NCBI GenBank assembly: GCA_024137785.1
Contig: JAHRHZ010000266.1
Span: 198,738 to 262,737, forward strand
From: Ginglymostoma cirratum
Lineage: Eukaryota
Length of the DNA: 64,000 bases
Reading direction: 5' to 3'
The notes beneath the pieces were generated by a model. The model ran no database searches, had not been told where the DNA came from, and was given only the letters and a program-made list of their open reading frames with translations. Below, one piece after another: positions 11,900 to 24,559 of the stretch. Within the stretch, counting starts at the first letter, position 1. Every line of letters begins with the position of its first letter. The position numbers were made by a program, and so were the translations under genes.

Positions 11900-13209
11900 A
11901 ATGCAGATTTCAATTGGAAATATGATGTCGTGGTGATAACGAAACCTAGTTCAAAGATGGGGCAGGACAAAGAACTAAACAATCTTAAATAGAATATGTT
12001 CAGGAAAGATAGAGTTAGTGAAGGTACGAAAACAGGAGGTGTGGCAGTATTGATCAAGGAAAACGTTGCAGCGCTGGAGAGAGATGATGTCTCAGGGGGG
12101 CCAAGGGATAGAATCTATTTAGCTCGGGCCAATGAACAAAATGGTGCAATTACATTGTTCAGCGAAATTTATCAGCAACAAACTCATGGGAAATTTGCAG
12201 AGGGACACATGCAAGAGTGTAAGGATTCTAGAATGGTGGGGGAACTAATTATTCAAATATAAACTGGGATGTATACAGGAGAGAAAAGGGCAGGAATTCC
12301 TTCAGTGCATTCAGGAGAATTTTCTATGTTGGTTATGTGTTTAATTCAATAAGAAAGTAGGTGTTGCTGGACTGGTTCTTGAGATTGAGCTAGATCGACT
12401 GGATCAGGAAACAGTAGGAAACATTTAGAAGATAGTAATCATTATTTAGTAAGGTTTAGGTTAACTATGGAAAGGTCCAAGGAGTAAGTAATTCTGATTA
12501 AGAGTGACCAAATGGGGGAGGCCAAATCAATGCGGTGAAAATGAATCTGGCCCACACACAGTGGACTTAAGAATTGGTGAACCAAACTGTGACTAAACAA
12601 TAGGATAGCTTCAAAGAGGAGCTTAAGTACCAGTCAAGGTATTTTCTCTTTAGGGGAAAAGGTACGGCAAATAAATCCAGAGCTCTTTGGATAAGGAAGG
12701 GGGCAAAGAGTAAAATGAAGCAGAAAAAAAAGTGTTGGGAATGTGCTCATTACAAGCTGCAAGTGTCTAATACAACCAGGTTCAAGATAGAAGTCTGAGA
12801 GGAATTTTCACAGATGGAAAATAATTGAGGGGTCTAGACAGAGTAGATAGTAGGAAATGTTCCGATTGTTGAAAGGATCAAGAGCCAGAGAATGCTGATT
12901 TAAGGTGGCTGCCAAAAGAAATGAGAAAGAAAAAAATGATACAATGAGGAGCTAGCATTTTGAATGCGCTGTTTGACAGTATGCTGCAAGCCAATATAAT
13001 CACAGCTTTCAACAAGAAATTGAATCATCACCTGAATGGGAAAGATTTACAGTGTGTGGGGATAAAGAAGGAAAGTGGGACTAATGGAATTGCTCATGTA
13101 TATAGCCAGCGCAAAATGATGGGCTGAATGGCCTCTATCTGCACTGTAACCACACTATGGTACTGTCATGTACTGTGTCCATACAATAATGACAACAGAT
13201 ACTCAGAGC

Positions 13210-13837
13210 AAAGAACAAAGAAAATTACAGGACAGGAACAGGCCCTTCGGCCCTCCAAGCCTGCACCGACATTTTAGTCACAACTAAAACCCCCTACCCT
13301 TCCGGGGACCGAATCCCTCTATTCCCATCCTATTCATGTATTTGTCAAGATGCCCTTTAAAAGTCACTATAGTATCTGCTTCCACTACCTCACCCGGCAG
13401 CAAATTCCAGGCACCCACCAAATTCTGTGTAAAAAACTTACCTCATACATTACCTTTAATCCTTGCCCCTTGCAACTTAAACATATGCCCCCTAGTAACT
13501 GACTCTTCCACCCTGGGAAAAAGCTTCTGGCTATCCACTCTGTCCATGCCCTTTAGAAGCTTATAGACCCCTATCAGGTCACCCCTCAACCTCCATGGTT
13601 TCAGTGAGAACAACCCAAGTTTCTCCAAACTGTCCTCATAGCTAATGCCCTCCATACCAGGCAACACCCTGTTAAATCTTTTCTGTACCTTCTACAAAGC
13701 CACTGAATCCTTCTGGTAGTTTTGCAACCAGAATTGAACACAATATTCCAAATGTGGCCTAACTAAGGTTCTATAAAGCTGCGACATTACCTGTCAATTT
13801 TTAAACTCAATGCCCCAGCCGATGAAGGCAAGCAAAC
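13210..13837 (-). mobile_element. CR1 LINE 3' fragment
   Basis: MLPGMEGISYEDSLEKLGLFSL...RLRGDLI. Confidence 0.85.
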
Positions 13838-13849
13838 ATTCAGAGACTG

Positions 13850-14460
13850 CTTCAGTAACTGAGGAGTTGCTAATGTGAATTTCGTCACCGGTCATGGACA
13901 GGACAGTGTGGCTAGAAATGAGGCAGGTAGAGCAATCCAGAAGACAGCACTTCACGAATCTCAGCTCTTCTCCTTGCCCAACAGTTTCAAGATTTTGCTC
14001 CCGGTATAAACGAGAGCAGGGACTTTGGGAAGGATGAGCAAACTGACGAAAGTACAGGGAACTATTCATGTGGAGGGGATAAAGAAGAAATGTAGTCGTA
14101 TTCAGGGATAGTATAGTTAGGGGAATACGCAATGTTCTCTGTAGTCAGGATCAAAAGTCTTGAAGGCTGTGCTGCCTACCTACTTCCAGAGTTAAGGATA
14201 TCTCATCTGGACTACACAGAAAAACACAGAAAGCTGGAATGGGAGGGGGAAGTACAGCTGTCATGGTCCATGGAGATACTAATGATACAGCTGGAATGAG
14301 ATTGGTGCAGGAGAATTGGGTCTGAATTCACGGGATATTGTCTCCAGTACTGGGGAACCAGAGAGATTTTCCGTTGGGATGAGTTGCAAATGTATCATGC
14401 CTGAACCAGAGTCCTGGCAAATCTCATCACTAGGGCTGTAGAATGGGCTTTAAAGCAAAT
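13850..14460 (+). mobile_element. CR1 ORF1 (SGNH esterase-like) remnant
   Basis: Degenerate RNVVVFRDSIVRGI, LCCLP..RVKDI, VMVHGDTND motifs; similar remnants near 31800-32480 and 41000-41540. Confidence 0.55.
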
Positions 14461-16099
14461 CTGTCTGTGCAGGGTGGGTGGATGTGAAGAGTTCAGGTGC
14501 ATGGAAAATTGTGTTTTACCAATCTCGGAATATCCAAAATTGGCAGTTAAAAACTGATTGCAGTACTGATCTGTATGTGCTAGTAGAGGAACCTGTAAAC
14601 TGAGATCCATATGGATTAACCTGGGTTCAAACACCAGTGGGCTCTCAGGAGCACAATTGAAGAATCACTCACTAGTCACCCCTGCATTGCAGGTGAGAGG
14701 AATGTATTATTCTGAGTGCAGGAAGCAGCTAGCAAGCAAGCCTGTCAAAAGGGAAAAAAAAAACACCTTTCTCTTTGAGTGTTGTTAGCTAACTACTGTC
14801 AAAGGGAAACAGAAGATAAAAGATTTCAACCATGTGTAAAAGACTAGATGTCCAAAATCAATGAATATACTTTCAATATTTCACCATCTACTTTTCATTA
14901 AGACCCACACAGACTTGAATCATTTATTTTACTTTCGGAATCACTTCTAATTCCTAAACTATTTTTAACTATGTTGTGTTATTAATTCTTTGTTGTGTTT
15001 AATACTTAGAAAATTCACTCTTTTTTCAATCAAGAAAGCTTTGTTTAACTGACCTCTTTGAAAGTATAAAATAATTTGATCTGGAGGGAGAAGGTATCCA
15101 AAAGAGAGGGATTTTTTTCTATTAACCTTATTGCAACCGATTGAGGGGGTAGTGACTAACAAATGAACACCAGTTCATTCCTCCACACCCGCAACAGTAA
15201 GGATTTGGGGTATCTGTCCAGAACTGGAATAACTAGGGGTAAAAGACTTGAGGCTCAGATCACGAATCCACAGATTAATTCAAAGAATTAGAGTGGGTAA
15301 ATTGCCATGTTAAAAATGCTTTCTTGAGTTTGCATTACCACGGTATAGATTTGTATGCATTCAATGCCAGAACATTCCTTGCTGAATTAGGAAATGTTAC
15401 GCATGAGGAATCAAATGTTGCACCTCAAACAGTTAAAAGATGTAGAGAGGTATTTGGGATTCAAAATTTGCCAGAAAGCCAGGAAACTCAAAACTTTAAA
15501 AGGGGTGGCCAACGCTTTACAGGAATTCAGGATGATAAAATAGTTAGAGGAATTAAAACTGGAGCAGTGGAAACTAGAATTTCAAGAAAAAGGAAAAGAA
15601 TTTTGGAAATGGGAGAGAGGAAAGGGAAAAGGAGGAAAGGGCAAAGAGAAAAGAGAGTGAATTTGAGGCACAACGGAGATTGAACAAACCAGCTTGAGCT
15701 GCTGTGTGCCATGAAGATGGGTTTGAATGGGAGACTCTTTAGAATGTTGTTCTGGGCTTGAAGGGCTGAATGGCCTGCTTTCACACTGTAGGGATTCTAT
15801 AATGAAGTAATCATCTCTCTCAAATGGTCGAATTCACTATCCCTGAATGTGGTGGATGCTCGGACATTGAGTAAGTTTAAGGACGAGATAGCCACATGTT
15901 TAATTAGTATGTGCTGGAGGGTTATGGAGCGCTGGCAGCAAAGTGGAATTGAGGCTGATATGAGATTAGTCATGATTGTATCAAATGGTGAAGCAGGCTT
16001 AATGGGCTGAATTCTCTACTCCTTCTCCAGGTCCTTACGTTCTTTGCATTCGGTGACAAAGGTGTTTATTTCTAAAAACAGCCTGAGAGACAAAGATAG

Positions 16100-16294
16100 C
16101 AAGGTGTGGAGCTGGATGAATACAGAAGGCCAAGCAGCATCATAGGAGCAGGAAAGCTTGCGATAGGGTTAGGGTTAGGGCTAACCCTAACCCTATCGCA
16201 TTCCTGCTCCTATGATGCTGCTTGGCCTGTTGTGTTCATCCAGCTCCACATCTTCTTACCTCAAATTCTCCAGCATCTGCAGTTCCTACTATCT
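16100..16294. mobile_element. Penelope pLTR fold-back insertion with a telomeric-repeat hairpin core
   Basis: Inverted pLTR arms; core 16159-16200 tgcgatagggttagggttag-gg-ctaaccctaaccctatcgca; 17-bp TSD with 2 mismatches at 16083-16099 and 16295-16311. Confidence 0.85.
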
Positions 16295-17756
16295 CTGAGA
16301 GAAATAGATAGTTTTGGAGTCTAATGGAAATTTGTTTGCATCGGGAGAATTTTACATGTGAATAAAGTAAACAGTTGTGTGCTGGATTTCAGTTTAGAAG
16401 GTCAGAGACTGATTTTTCTCTTTTGACCAGGTGAAACATCCATAGATTGGAAGAATATTTAAGATTTCAGTTTGGCAATTTTGCAGAACGATTTAATGAA
16501 GCTGGATGTATAAACACTCACTCCTGAGAAAGGAAGGAAATTAAAACTGTTAAGAAATAGGCTACCTTAGATCAAGGAGTTTAGTTTAAAGATTCCAGAC
16601 CAGATGTATTTGGTTGAAACCCGAAACGGGTTACAAAAAAGCCTAGAAAGTCTAAGTTGGGTTGTATAAAGGATCAAGGAAGAGGCAATCAGATTCACAT
16701 AACTAGGAATTAAAAATACAGCGAAGTCAAACACAATGTGTGACAGAAAAGAGAATTCTCTGCAGTGTTTGAGTACTGAATGGGGTGATTTTGAGATTAA
16801 TTGGGTTGTTTTTTATCATGGGATTTGGAATCTTCAAAAATGTTCTATATGTAGACAGTTTCATTTATTCTATTTTGTATTCATTTTACGTGATAAACAC
16901 CTTGTTTTATTTTATGAAACCAAATCTGTGCTTATGTTTCAATGAGAAGCCACCTCAATGCAGCCAAGAAAAAACAAAATATGATCTGCCAAGGCATATT
17001 TTAGTCTGGGATCTGATTTGTAACTTAAAAGCATCAGCTGAGATATAACACTTGGTAGCAGACCAACAAGGTGACACATTTTTAACAACACTAGCTCACA
17101 CTGAAGCTGAGGCAGAAACAGTCCCTGAATATCACTACATTATAAATGAGGTGTTGATGAGAAAAGGAGACCAGCTGCCCCTAACGGACCTTCAAACAAG
17201 GACTGGACAGTAATCCAACAGGCGGTCATGCTTACAAGGTGGACTATGGGAAATATTTCAGCTCGTATACGAGAGTCTGATGGCTGGGCATATCGGTATA
17301 TGCAAAGCCCTAGCCCACATTAACCAGCATTTGTACTGGCCACAGCTCCACAAGGATGTCGTGAGGTTTTTGCACCCGTGTGGGATCCGTGGAATGTTGC
17401 ACCTGTAGAGTGTCAGGGAAACTTCAAACAAGAAGAGAAACATAGCAAGACGACTTAATGAAGAAGGCGACTATTTTCCTTCTCTTAGCAGAAAGCCACC
17501 TCTTGAGTATTGCAGTACCAAGAACACACATAAAAGTAGGTCAATAATCAATTGTAACTTTGATCAGTTTGTAATAGTGAAGGAAGATCTGGGGCTCATG
17601 TGTACTAGCCTGGATTCAGGCTACTGTCATGTAAAGATCACAATCAAAGGACCATCCACTAATCACTCCTGCATTTCAGGTGAAAGGGATCTATCACACT
17701 CTGTGCTGAAATTCATCTAACCGAAAAGTGGGTCCAAAGGAATAAGAAGAAAAGTT

Positions 17757-18195
17757 TGATTTATAGGGAGATGCTGAAGAGGCTAGGGCTTGTTTCCCTG
17801 GAGCATCAGACACTGAGGGGTGACCTTATAGAGTTTCATAAAATCATTAGGGACTTGGGTACAGTGAATATCCAAGGTCTTTTTTCTCGATTGGGAGTGT
17901 CCAAAAATAGAGGATATAGGTTTACAGTGAGAGGGGAAAGATTTATAAAGTACCTGATGGGCAACTTTTCTATGCAGAGGGTGATGCATGTATGGAACAA
18001 GCTGCCAGAGAAAGTGGTGGAGACTGGTATGATTGCAACAATTAAAAGGAATCTGGATGGGTACAGGAAGGGTTTAGAAGGATAGGGGCCAAATGTTGGC
18101 AAATGAGACACTGTCAGATAGGGATGTCTGGTCGGCACAGACAAACTGAACCAAAGGGTTTGTTTCTTGCTGTATGACTCTCTGAATCTATGACT
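17757..18195 (+). mobile_element. CR1 3' tail fragment
   Basis: LKRLGLVSLE...LRGDLIE...WNKLPEKVV; tail ctgtatgactctctgaatctatgactct. Confidence 0.8.
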
Positions 18196-18364
18196 CTCTC
18201 ACTCTGAGTGCTGTCAGTTAACTCCCATCGACAGGAAACAGGGCAAAAAAGATTTCAACTTACTGAAAAAGCCAAGAATGCTGAAATTAACTGTTCATTT
18301 ACCAGCATTCAATGAATGAACCAGGGAGACTGATCTGTATATCTTTGGACTGTTTGGAGAGCAA

Positions 18365-18805
18365 ATGGTGGCCAAGTGGTATTATTGCTAGAATATTAAT
18401 CTAGAAACTCGCGTTGAAATCTTGTCACAGTAGAATTCGAATTCAATTTAAAAAATCTGGAATTAAAAAAACCTACTGATGAGCATGAAATCTTTGATAA
18501 CAAGGTGTGGGGCTGGATGAACACAGCAGGCCAAGCAGCATCATAGGAGCAGGAAAACTTGACGTTTCGGGCCGAGACCCGAAATCTTTGCTGGGTATCA
18601 GAAAAACCCACCTGGCTCATTAATATCCTTCAGGGAAGGAAATCTGCCATTCTTACCTGGTCTGGCCAACATGTGACTCTGGATTCACAGCAATGTGGAT
18701 GACTTTGAACTGCTCTTTGAAATAGCTCAGTTGAAGGGCAACTGGGTCCAGGCAATAAATGCTGACTGATCAGTGATGACAATGTCCCATGAGTAAATAA
18801 AAACA
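18365..18805 (+). mobile_element. tRNA-derived SINE interrupted by a single-arm Penelope pLTR (18497-18580)
   Basis: SINE body as at 52448-52787; insert flanked by gaaatctttg repeats at 18487-18496 and 18581-18590. Confidence 0.8.
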
Positions 18806-19259
18806 AATCTTGTTTTGGTCTCATTTCTTATTCTTAATCTGTATGTTGTGTTATTAATTCTTTTCACATTTAATAACTACTAAATTCATTCTTTTATTAA
18901 TTTAAGAAAGCCCTTGTTAAATAGCTCCTTTGAAGATACATCTCGATAAGATGCAGTGCAGTAATCTATCAAGGATTCTCCAAAAGCACATTAAAGGAAA
19001 AGCCTCATTTTTGCATCTAGAAGGACGAAAGAAGCAGATATTTGGGAATAGCACCATCTGCAAGTTCTCCTTCGAGACACACACCACCTTGACCTGGAAC
19101 CATGTCATCATTCCTTCACTGTCACTGGGAAAATCCTGAAACTCTCTTCCTAACAACACTGCACCTGTCCCCCTAGGAATACACAGGTTCAAAAGCGGAT
19201 CACTACCACCTACTCCAGGGCAATTAGGGATTCTAATAAATGCTGGTCCAACCAGCGTC

Positions 19260-19495
19260 CCATGGCTAATCCGCCTAGCCTATCCGTCCCTAGACATTAT
19301 GGGGAAATTTAGCATGGCCAGTCCACCGAATCTGCACACCTTTGGACTGTGGGAGGAAGCCAGAGCACCCAGCAGAGACCCACACAGGCACAGGAAGAAT
19401 GTACAAACTCCACACAGACAGTCAACCAAGGGTGGAATCAAACCCCAGTGCCCTGGGGCTGTGAGTTAGCAGCGTTAACCACTAAGCCACTGCCC
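19260..19495 (-). mobile_element. HE1-type SINE (diverged); another copy at about 23036-23332
   Basis: V-domain and tRNA head recognisable. Confidence 0.75.
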
Positions 19496-20019
19496 AATTA
19501 AAATCTGAATGAATGAATCTTTCCAGTTGCGCAAAGACTCAGTCTTTTTATGCTTTTTTAAAATGAAGGTGGAAATGGGGACAAACTGTTTTACAGTTAG
19601 TGTTTTAAAGAATTGCTGCATATTTTGAAAACCAAGTGACCTGACACTTATGGTAAGCATTGTGTAAATAGCTGTCTGAACAAACCGGAATTGAAGTGGT
19701 TGCAGATGAAACGATAGTGAGGGGGTGTACAGATGCAGTTTCTGTTCATAACAAGAAGTTCGTTTGTCTATAGACTACTGGCCAGTTGCTAATGTCAAAT
19801 GCCTTTTGCCTGTCAACAACTATGTGTTTGAATCTCAGGTAACTGGACAACCTGGGACTGGGAACAGATACAGAGAAAATTGTTTTGAACTCCACCAGCT
19901 CAGGAGCTGTTTTCTCTGTTCTCTGCAGTCAAAACCCACTTTTAACCTGATGAAAACTGATTTATCTTCCCTTCAGAAATGTTTGTAAGCTGTGACTTCT
20001 AACTGATAAGTCAGAGACC

Positions 20020-22143
20020 TTTTATAAGTGAACCTGCCACCTTGGGTCTCTTACAAAGCAGTGAAAACATCTGAAGAAAGACAACAGAAGACGACTATAC
20101 AATGTTGGTCCAAGGTTGTGGAACACTGTCTCTGGGACTGCTTGGAATTGATGGACTGGACCGTCTTCAAGTACTCAGCAACAAACCCCCAAGATGAGTA
20201 TGACACCACAGACTTTGTTAGCAAATGTGTGGACGATTGCATACCAATTAGGTCAATCTGAGTGCTCCCTAACCATAAACTTTGGATGAACGAGGAAATC
20301 CACTTATTACGGAAGACCAAACGATCAGTATTCAAGTCGGATGACCCAGATCAATACAGGAAAGCCAAATATGACCTCCACAAAGCCATCAGGGATGCCA
20401 AGAGGCAGTACCGAACCAAGCTGGAGGCCCGAACCAAGCAGATTCCCGCCACCTGTGGCAAGGCCGAAATAACGTCACAGGATACAAAATGAAGCAGAGC
20501 AAGATAACGGACAAAGACACATCCCTCCCTGACACACTCAATGCTTTCTATGATCAGTTTGAGCAGAATGCCAGCAGCGTGGTGATGCTTGACCCGATAG
20601 CCCCAGGCACATCTGTTCCGTCCATCATTGCTGCTGATGTCAGATCAGTTTTCCTTCGAGTCAGCCCAAGGAGAGCGACGGGCCCGGATGAGCACTCAGA
20701 TCCCATACAGACCAACTGGAGGAGGTATTCACCGACACCTTCAACCTCTCCCACCTACAAGCCAAAATCCCCACCTGCTTCAAGGAGACCACTGCCATCC
20801 CCGTACCCAAGAAAACACATGCAGTGTGCCTTAATGACTACTGCCCAGTAGTTTTGTCCTCAATTATCAAGAGGTGCTTCGAGAGGTTGCTCATGGCCCA
20901 CATCAACTCCAGTCTGCCTCGATCCCTAGAGTTTGCCTAACGATGGAACTGGTCAAAAGCGGATGACATATTACTAGGCCTGCAGTCATTCCTGGAACAT
21001 TTGGACAATAAAGACACCTACATCAGACTCCCGCCAATTGGCTACAGCTCCACCTTCAACACCATTAGACCCTCCAGGCTGATTTCAAAATTCCATGACC
21101 TTGGTCTTGGCTCAGCCCTCTGCAAGTGGAGCCTCAGCTTTCTGACCCGCAGACCACAGTCAGTGAAATTTTCCTCCACAATAACACTCAAACTGGAGCA
21201 CCACAAGGATGCGCCCACAGTCCCTACCGTACTCCTCGTACATCCATCACTGTGTTGCTGAATTCTAAACAAACGCCGTCTACAAGTTCACAGATGACAC
21301 CACCGTAGTGGGACGGATATTTAACAGCGATGAGTCAAAACACAGAAAGGAGATAGAAGCTTGGTGATGTGGTGCAATGAAAACAACCTCTCTCGCAACC
21401 TTGGAAAAACTAAAGAACTGATCATTGACTTTAGAAAGAAAGGAGGAGAACATATCCCCATCTACATCAATGAAACTGAGGTTGAGAGGGTGGAGAGCGA
21501 CAAGTTGCTCAGAGTGACGATAACTGAGAACCTCGACTGGACTGCCCACATAGATGCAACAGTCAAGAAGGCACAACAATGCATCTTCTTCCTCAGGCGG
21601 CTCAGAAAATTTTGCATGTCCATAAGGACCCTCACTAACTTCTACAGAGACACCGTTGAAAGCATACTGTCTGAATGCATAATGGCCTAGTACGACATCT
21701 GCTTTGCCCAGGACCATAAGAAACTACGGAAGGTGATGTGTGCAGCCCAGACCATTATGGAAGCCAACCTTCCATCCATGGACTCCATGTACAGAGCTCG
21801 CTGCCACAGAAAGGGGGCCAACATCATTAATTGACCTATTGCACCCTGGTCATGTCCTCCTACAACCTCTTCCAACAGGCTGAGGTTATGAAGCCTGAAC
21901 ACACGCACAAGGAACAGCTTCTTCCTAGCTGTTAGCAGACTGATGAATGGATTCTCTAGCCTCAAGTAATATTGATCTTGCTGACAGTGATCTTGCCTGA
22001 TGCACGCCCAGTGCAATGTAACCTGTATATCTCTGTCGAAATCTTTTTGATCTGTCCATGTTGCTGACTATGATCTGCCCGTACAGCTCATAAACAAAGC
22101 TCTTCCTTGTGCTTTGGTATGCGTGACAATCAATCAATCAATC
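20020..22143 (+). mobile_element. Rex1/Babar-like LINE, frameshifted
   Basis: DCLE.MDWTVF, ALNDYCPV, YSSTFNTI.P..LISK, KFTDDTTVVG, WCNENNL..N..KTKELIIDFRK; (caat)n 3' tail. Confidence 0.85.
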
Positions 22144-23903
22144 ATAAGACAGCTCCTTCTTTATCAATTTTGTCCCCTGGTTCAAGATTCCCCAAAGATG
22201 GTGGGATTTTCCAATGAGGAAAGGTTGATTTGACTAGGCCTGTATTCATCACAGGTTCGAAGAATGAGGGGGGATCTCTTTGAAACATTAACGAGCTGGA
22301 CATATGAGATACCGGGAAGATAGTTCCCCTGTTTGGGGAATCACAGTCTCAGGATATGGGGTTGGCCATTTCGGATTGAGAAGAGGAAACAATTTTTCAT
22401 TCAGAGGGTGGTCAACCTGCGAGATTCGCTACCAGAGAAGTCTAAGGAGGCTGAGTATGTTCAATCAAGGAAATTGATACAGTTTTAGTTCTTCAAGCTG
22501 TCCAGGTATTTGGAGAGAAAGTGGGGATATTGCGTTGAGATAGAGGATCAATCATAAACATACTGAATGGCGGAGAAGGCCAAATAGCCTACTCCTGCTT
22601 CTATTTTCTACAGATTTATATCCAAGGAAACATCTTACCTACACCTTCCTGTCTACCCTTTTAAGTAATTTATAAGTTTCAGTGGGAGTACTCTGTGCAG
22701 GTCTGATCACCGCACAATAGGACGGATGTGATTGCAGTGGAAGCAGTGCACAGATTTACCAGAATGTTGCCTGGGATGGAGCAGTTTAGCTATAAAGAGA
22801 GGCTGGATAAACTCAGGTTGTTTTCTTTAGAGCAGAGTAGGCTGTTGGGGGCACCTGATAGATTACGACGGGCATGGACAATGTGGATAGAATGCAACTG
22901 TTCTTCTTAGTTGAAGGTTCAAATACAAGGGAGCATAATTTTAAGGTGAAAAGCAGGAGGTTCAGAGGGGAATGTAAGGAAAACATTTTCACCCAGAGGC
23001 TGGTAGTAATCTGGAATGCGTTATCTGGGAAGATACCATAGAATGCCTACAATGCAGAAGCAGGCCATTCAACCCATACCAACCCTCCAAAGAGCACCCC
23101 ATCCAAAACTAAACCCACCTGCCTACCTACCCTATCCTTGCATTCCCATGGCTAATCCACCTAATCTACACAACTTTGGACTGTGGGAGGAAACTCGAGA
23201 ACCCAGAGGAAACTGATGCAAACACAGAGAGAATGTGCAAACTCAATACAGACATTTACCAAAGGGTGGAATCAAACCCAGGTCCGTGGCACTGTGAAGC
23301 AGCGCTGCTAACCACTGGGCCACATGCCACCCCATTGTTGAGGCTGAAAATGTTTAAAAATCACTAGCACGAGCATTTGAAATCCCATAACATTCAAAGC
23401 TATGGGCCCAAGTGCTAGGAAGTGGGACTTGTGTAGATTTGGAGTGGTTTTTGTTGGTGCAGACTTGATGGGCCAACTTTGAACTGTGTGATTCTATGGT
23501 TCTTTGAGATCAGGTCTCATTCTTTGAAACTGTACAGAATACAGACCCAGTTTGACCAGTCTATCTTCATAGGCCTGCCAACCCGTGAATAAATCTGCGA
23601 AACCTGTGTTGCAATCCCACTTTGGAAAAATATCCTTTCTGAGATAACAAAATTAAAACTGGGCACAGCATTTGAAGAACAGGATTATTGAGTTTCTATA
23701 CTGCAGAAGCACAACTTCATTACTCCTGTGCTTAAATCATTTTGCAACAAAAGCTAACACTCCGTTAATCTTTTTTCATAGCTTCCTGCATCTGCATGTT
23801 AGCCTTCAGTGATTTGTATTTGTTTCACAAGCAAACTGCTTCTGCTCAATTTTGAAACAGCAGTAAAGGACAATGCACATACTGCTAAACAGCCCCAGGG
23901 TAT

Positions 23904-23916
23904 GGAAACTGAAACT
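23904..23916. promoter_or_regulatory. ISRE/IRF motif in intron 1 of gene B
   Basis: ggaaactgaaact (reverse AGTTTCAGTTTCC) about 90 bp downstream of the leader exon donor. Confidence 0.5.
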
Positions 23917-24002
23917 AAATCAGCAGACAAAATCATCAAGAAGGAGGCAATTGCATGATTAATAAAAATGAATTTGAACAGTAAATATTACAAAGTACTT
24001 AC

Positions 24003-24060
24003 TGTGACCCTGTACTGAGACTGACACGAATGCAGAGAGCCAAACATAGAGAGAATTCAT
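24003..24060 (-). CDS. Gene B: predicted signal-peptide (leader) exon MNSLYVWLSAFVSVSVQGH
   Basis: gcaATG start, hydrophobic core ending VQG, donor A|gtaagt in phase 1, in frame with the V exon (ACG GAT TCT...); lies in one of the few non-repeat islands. Confidence 0.72.
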
Positions 24061-24106
24061 TGCTAAATCATCAGACCTTTATCCTTCTTGCCCACAGCTT
24101 CTTGCC

Positions 24107-24142
24107 TTTTTAAACCAGAACAGAGAAGTTACTTCACTTCCG
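24107..24142 (-). promoter_or_regulatory. Putative proximal promoter: ETS site CGGAAGTG and TATA-like TTTAAAAA
   Basis: cacttccg at 24135-24142 and tttttaaa at 24107-24114, 50-80 nt upstream of the leader ATG. Confidence 0.4.
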
Positions 24143-24559
24143 ATGTACCTGTTACGAAATTTTAAAATTTAGTATACAACAAGAACAATAATTGGGAAGT
24201 ATGAGAGACATAACTGCTTAAAAACTAACGTACAAACCACAGTATGTTGTCAAAGTAGATTCTTTCTTCTATTGATTCACGTGATATGAGTATTTCTGGC
24301 TGGGCCAGCATTTCCTTCTCTTTCCCAGTTGCCCATGTAATAGAGAGCATGCTGAATAACCTTCCTAAGCTGCTGTAGTCTCCGTGGTGCAGGGACACCC
24401 TGATTTGATTTGATTTATGATAGTCATTTGTACCTAAATGCAGTGAAAAGCTTTCTCTTGTGAGTAGTACAGGCAGATCATCGCAAACAAGGACATACAG
24501 ATCACAGGGTGCTTAGACAGAGCAGTGAAGGAGCTCCAGAATTTTGATCCAGTGACTTT

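Larger units (their letters stand above)
14600..18930 (+). mobile_element. Decayed Gypsy (Gmr1-like) LTR retrotransposon with two diverged LTRs
   Basis: Shared blocks 14650-14720 vs 17635-17710 and 14965-15060 vs 18835-18930; PBS-like ttggggtatctgtcc after ...caaca; coiled-coil gag-like sequence 15350-15680; integrase-like AGHIGI.K...YWPQLHKDV at about 17280-17370. Confidence 0.55.

Noticed and set aside
16159-16200. Chromosome end-to-end fusion site
   Set aside because: Only about three repeats per side and enclosed in a TSD-flanked retroelement insert
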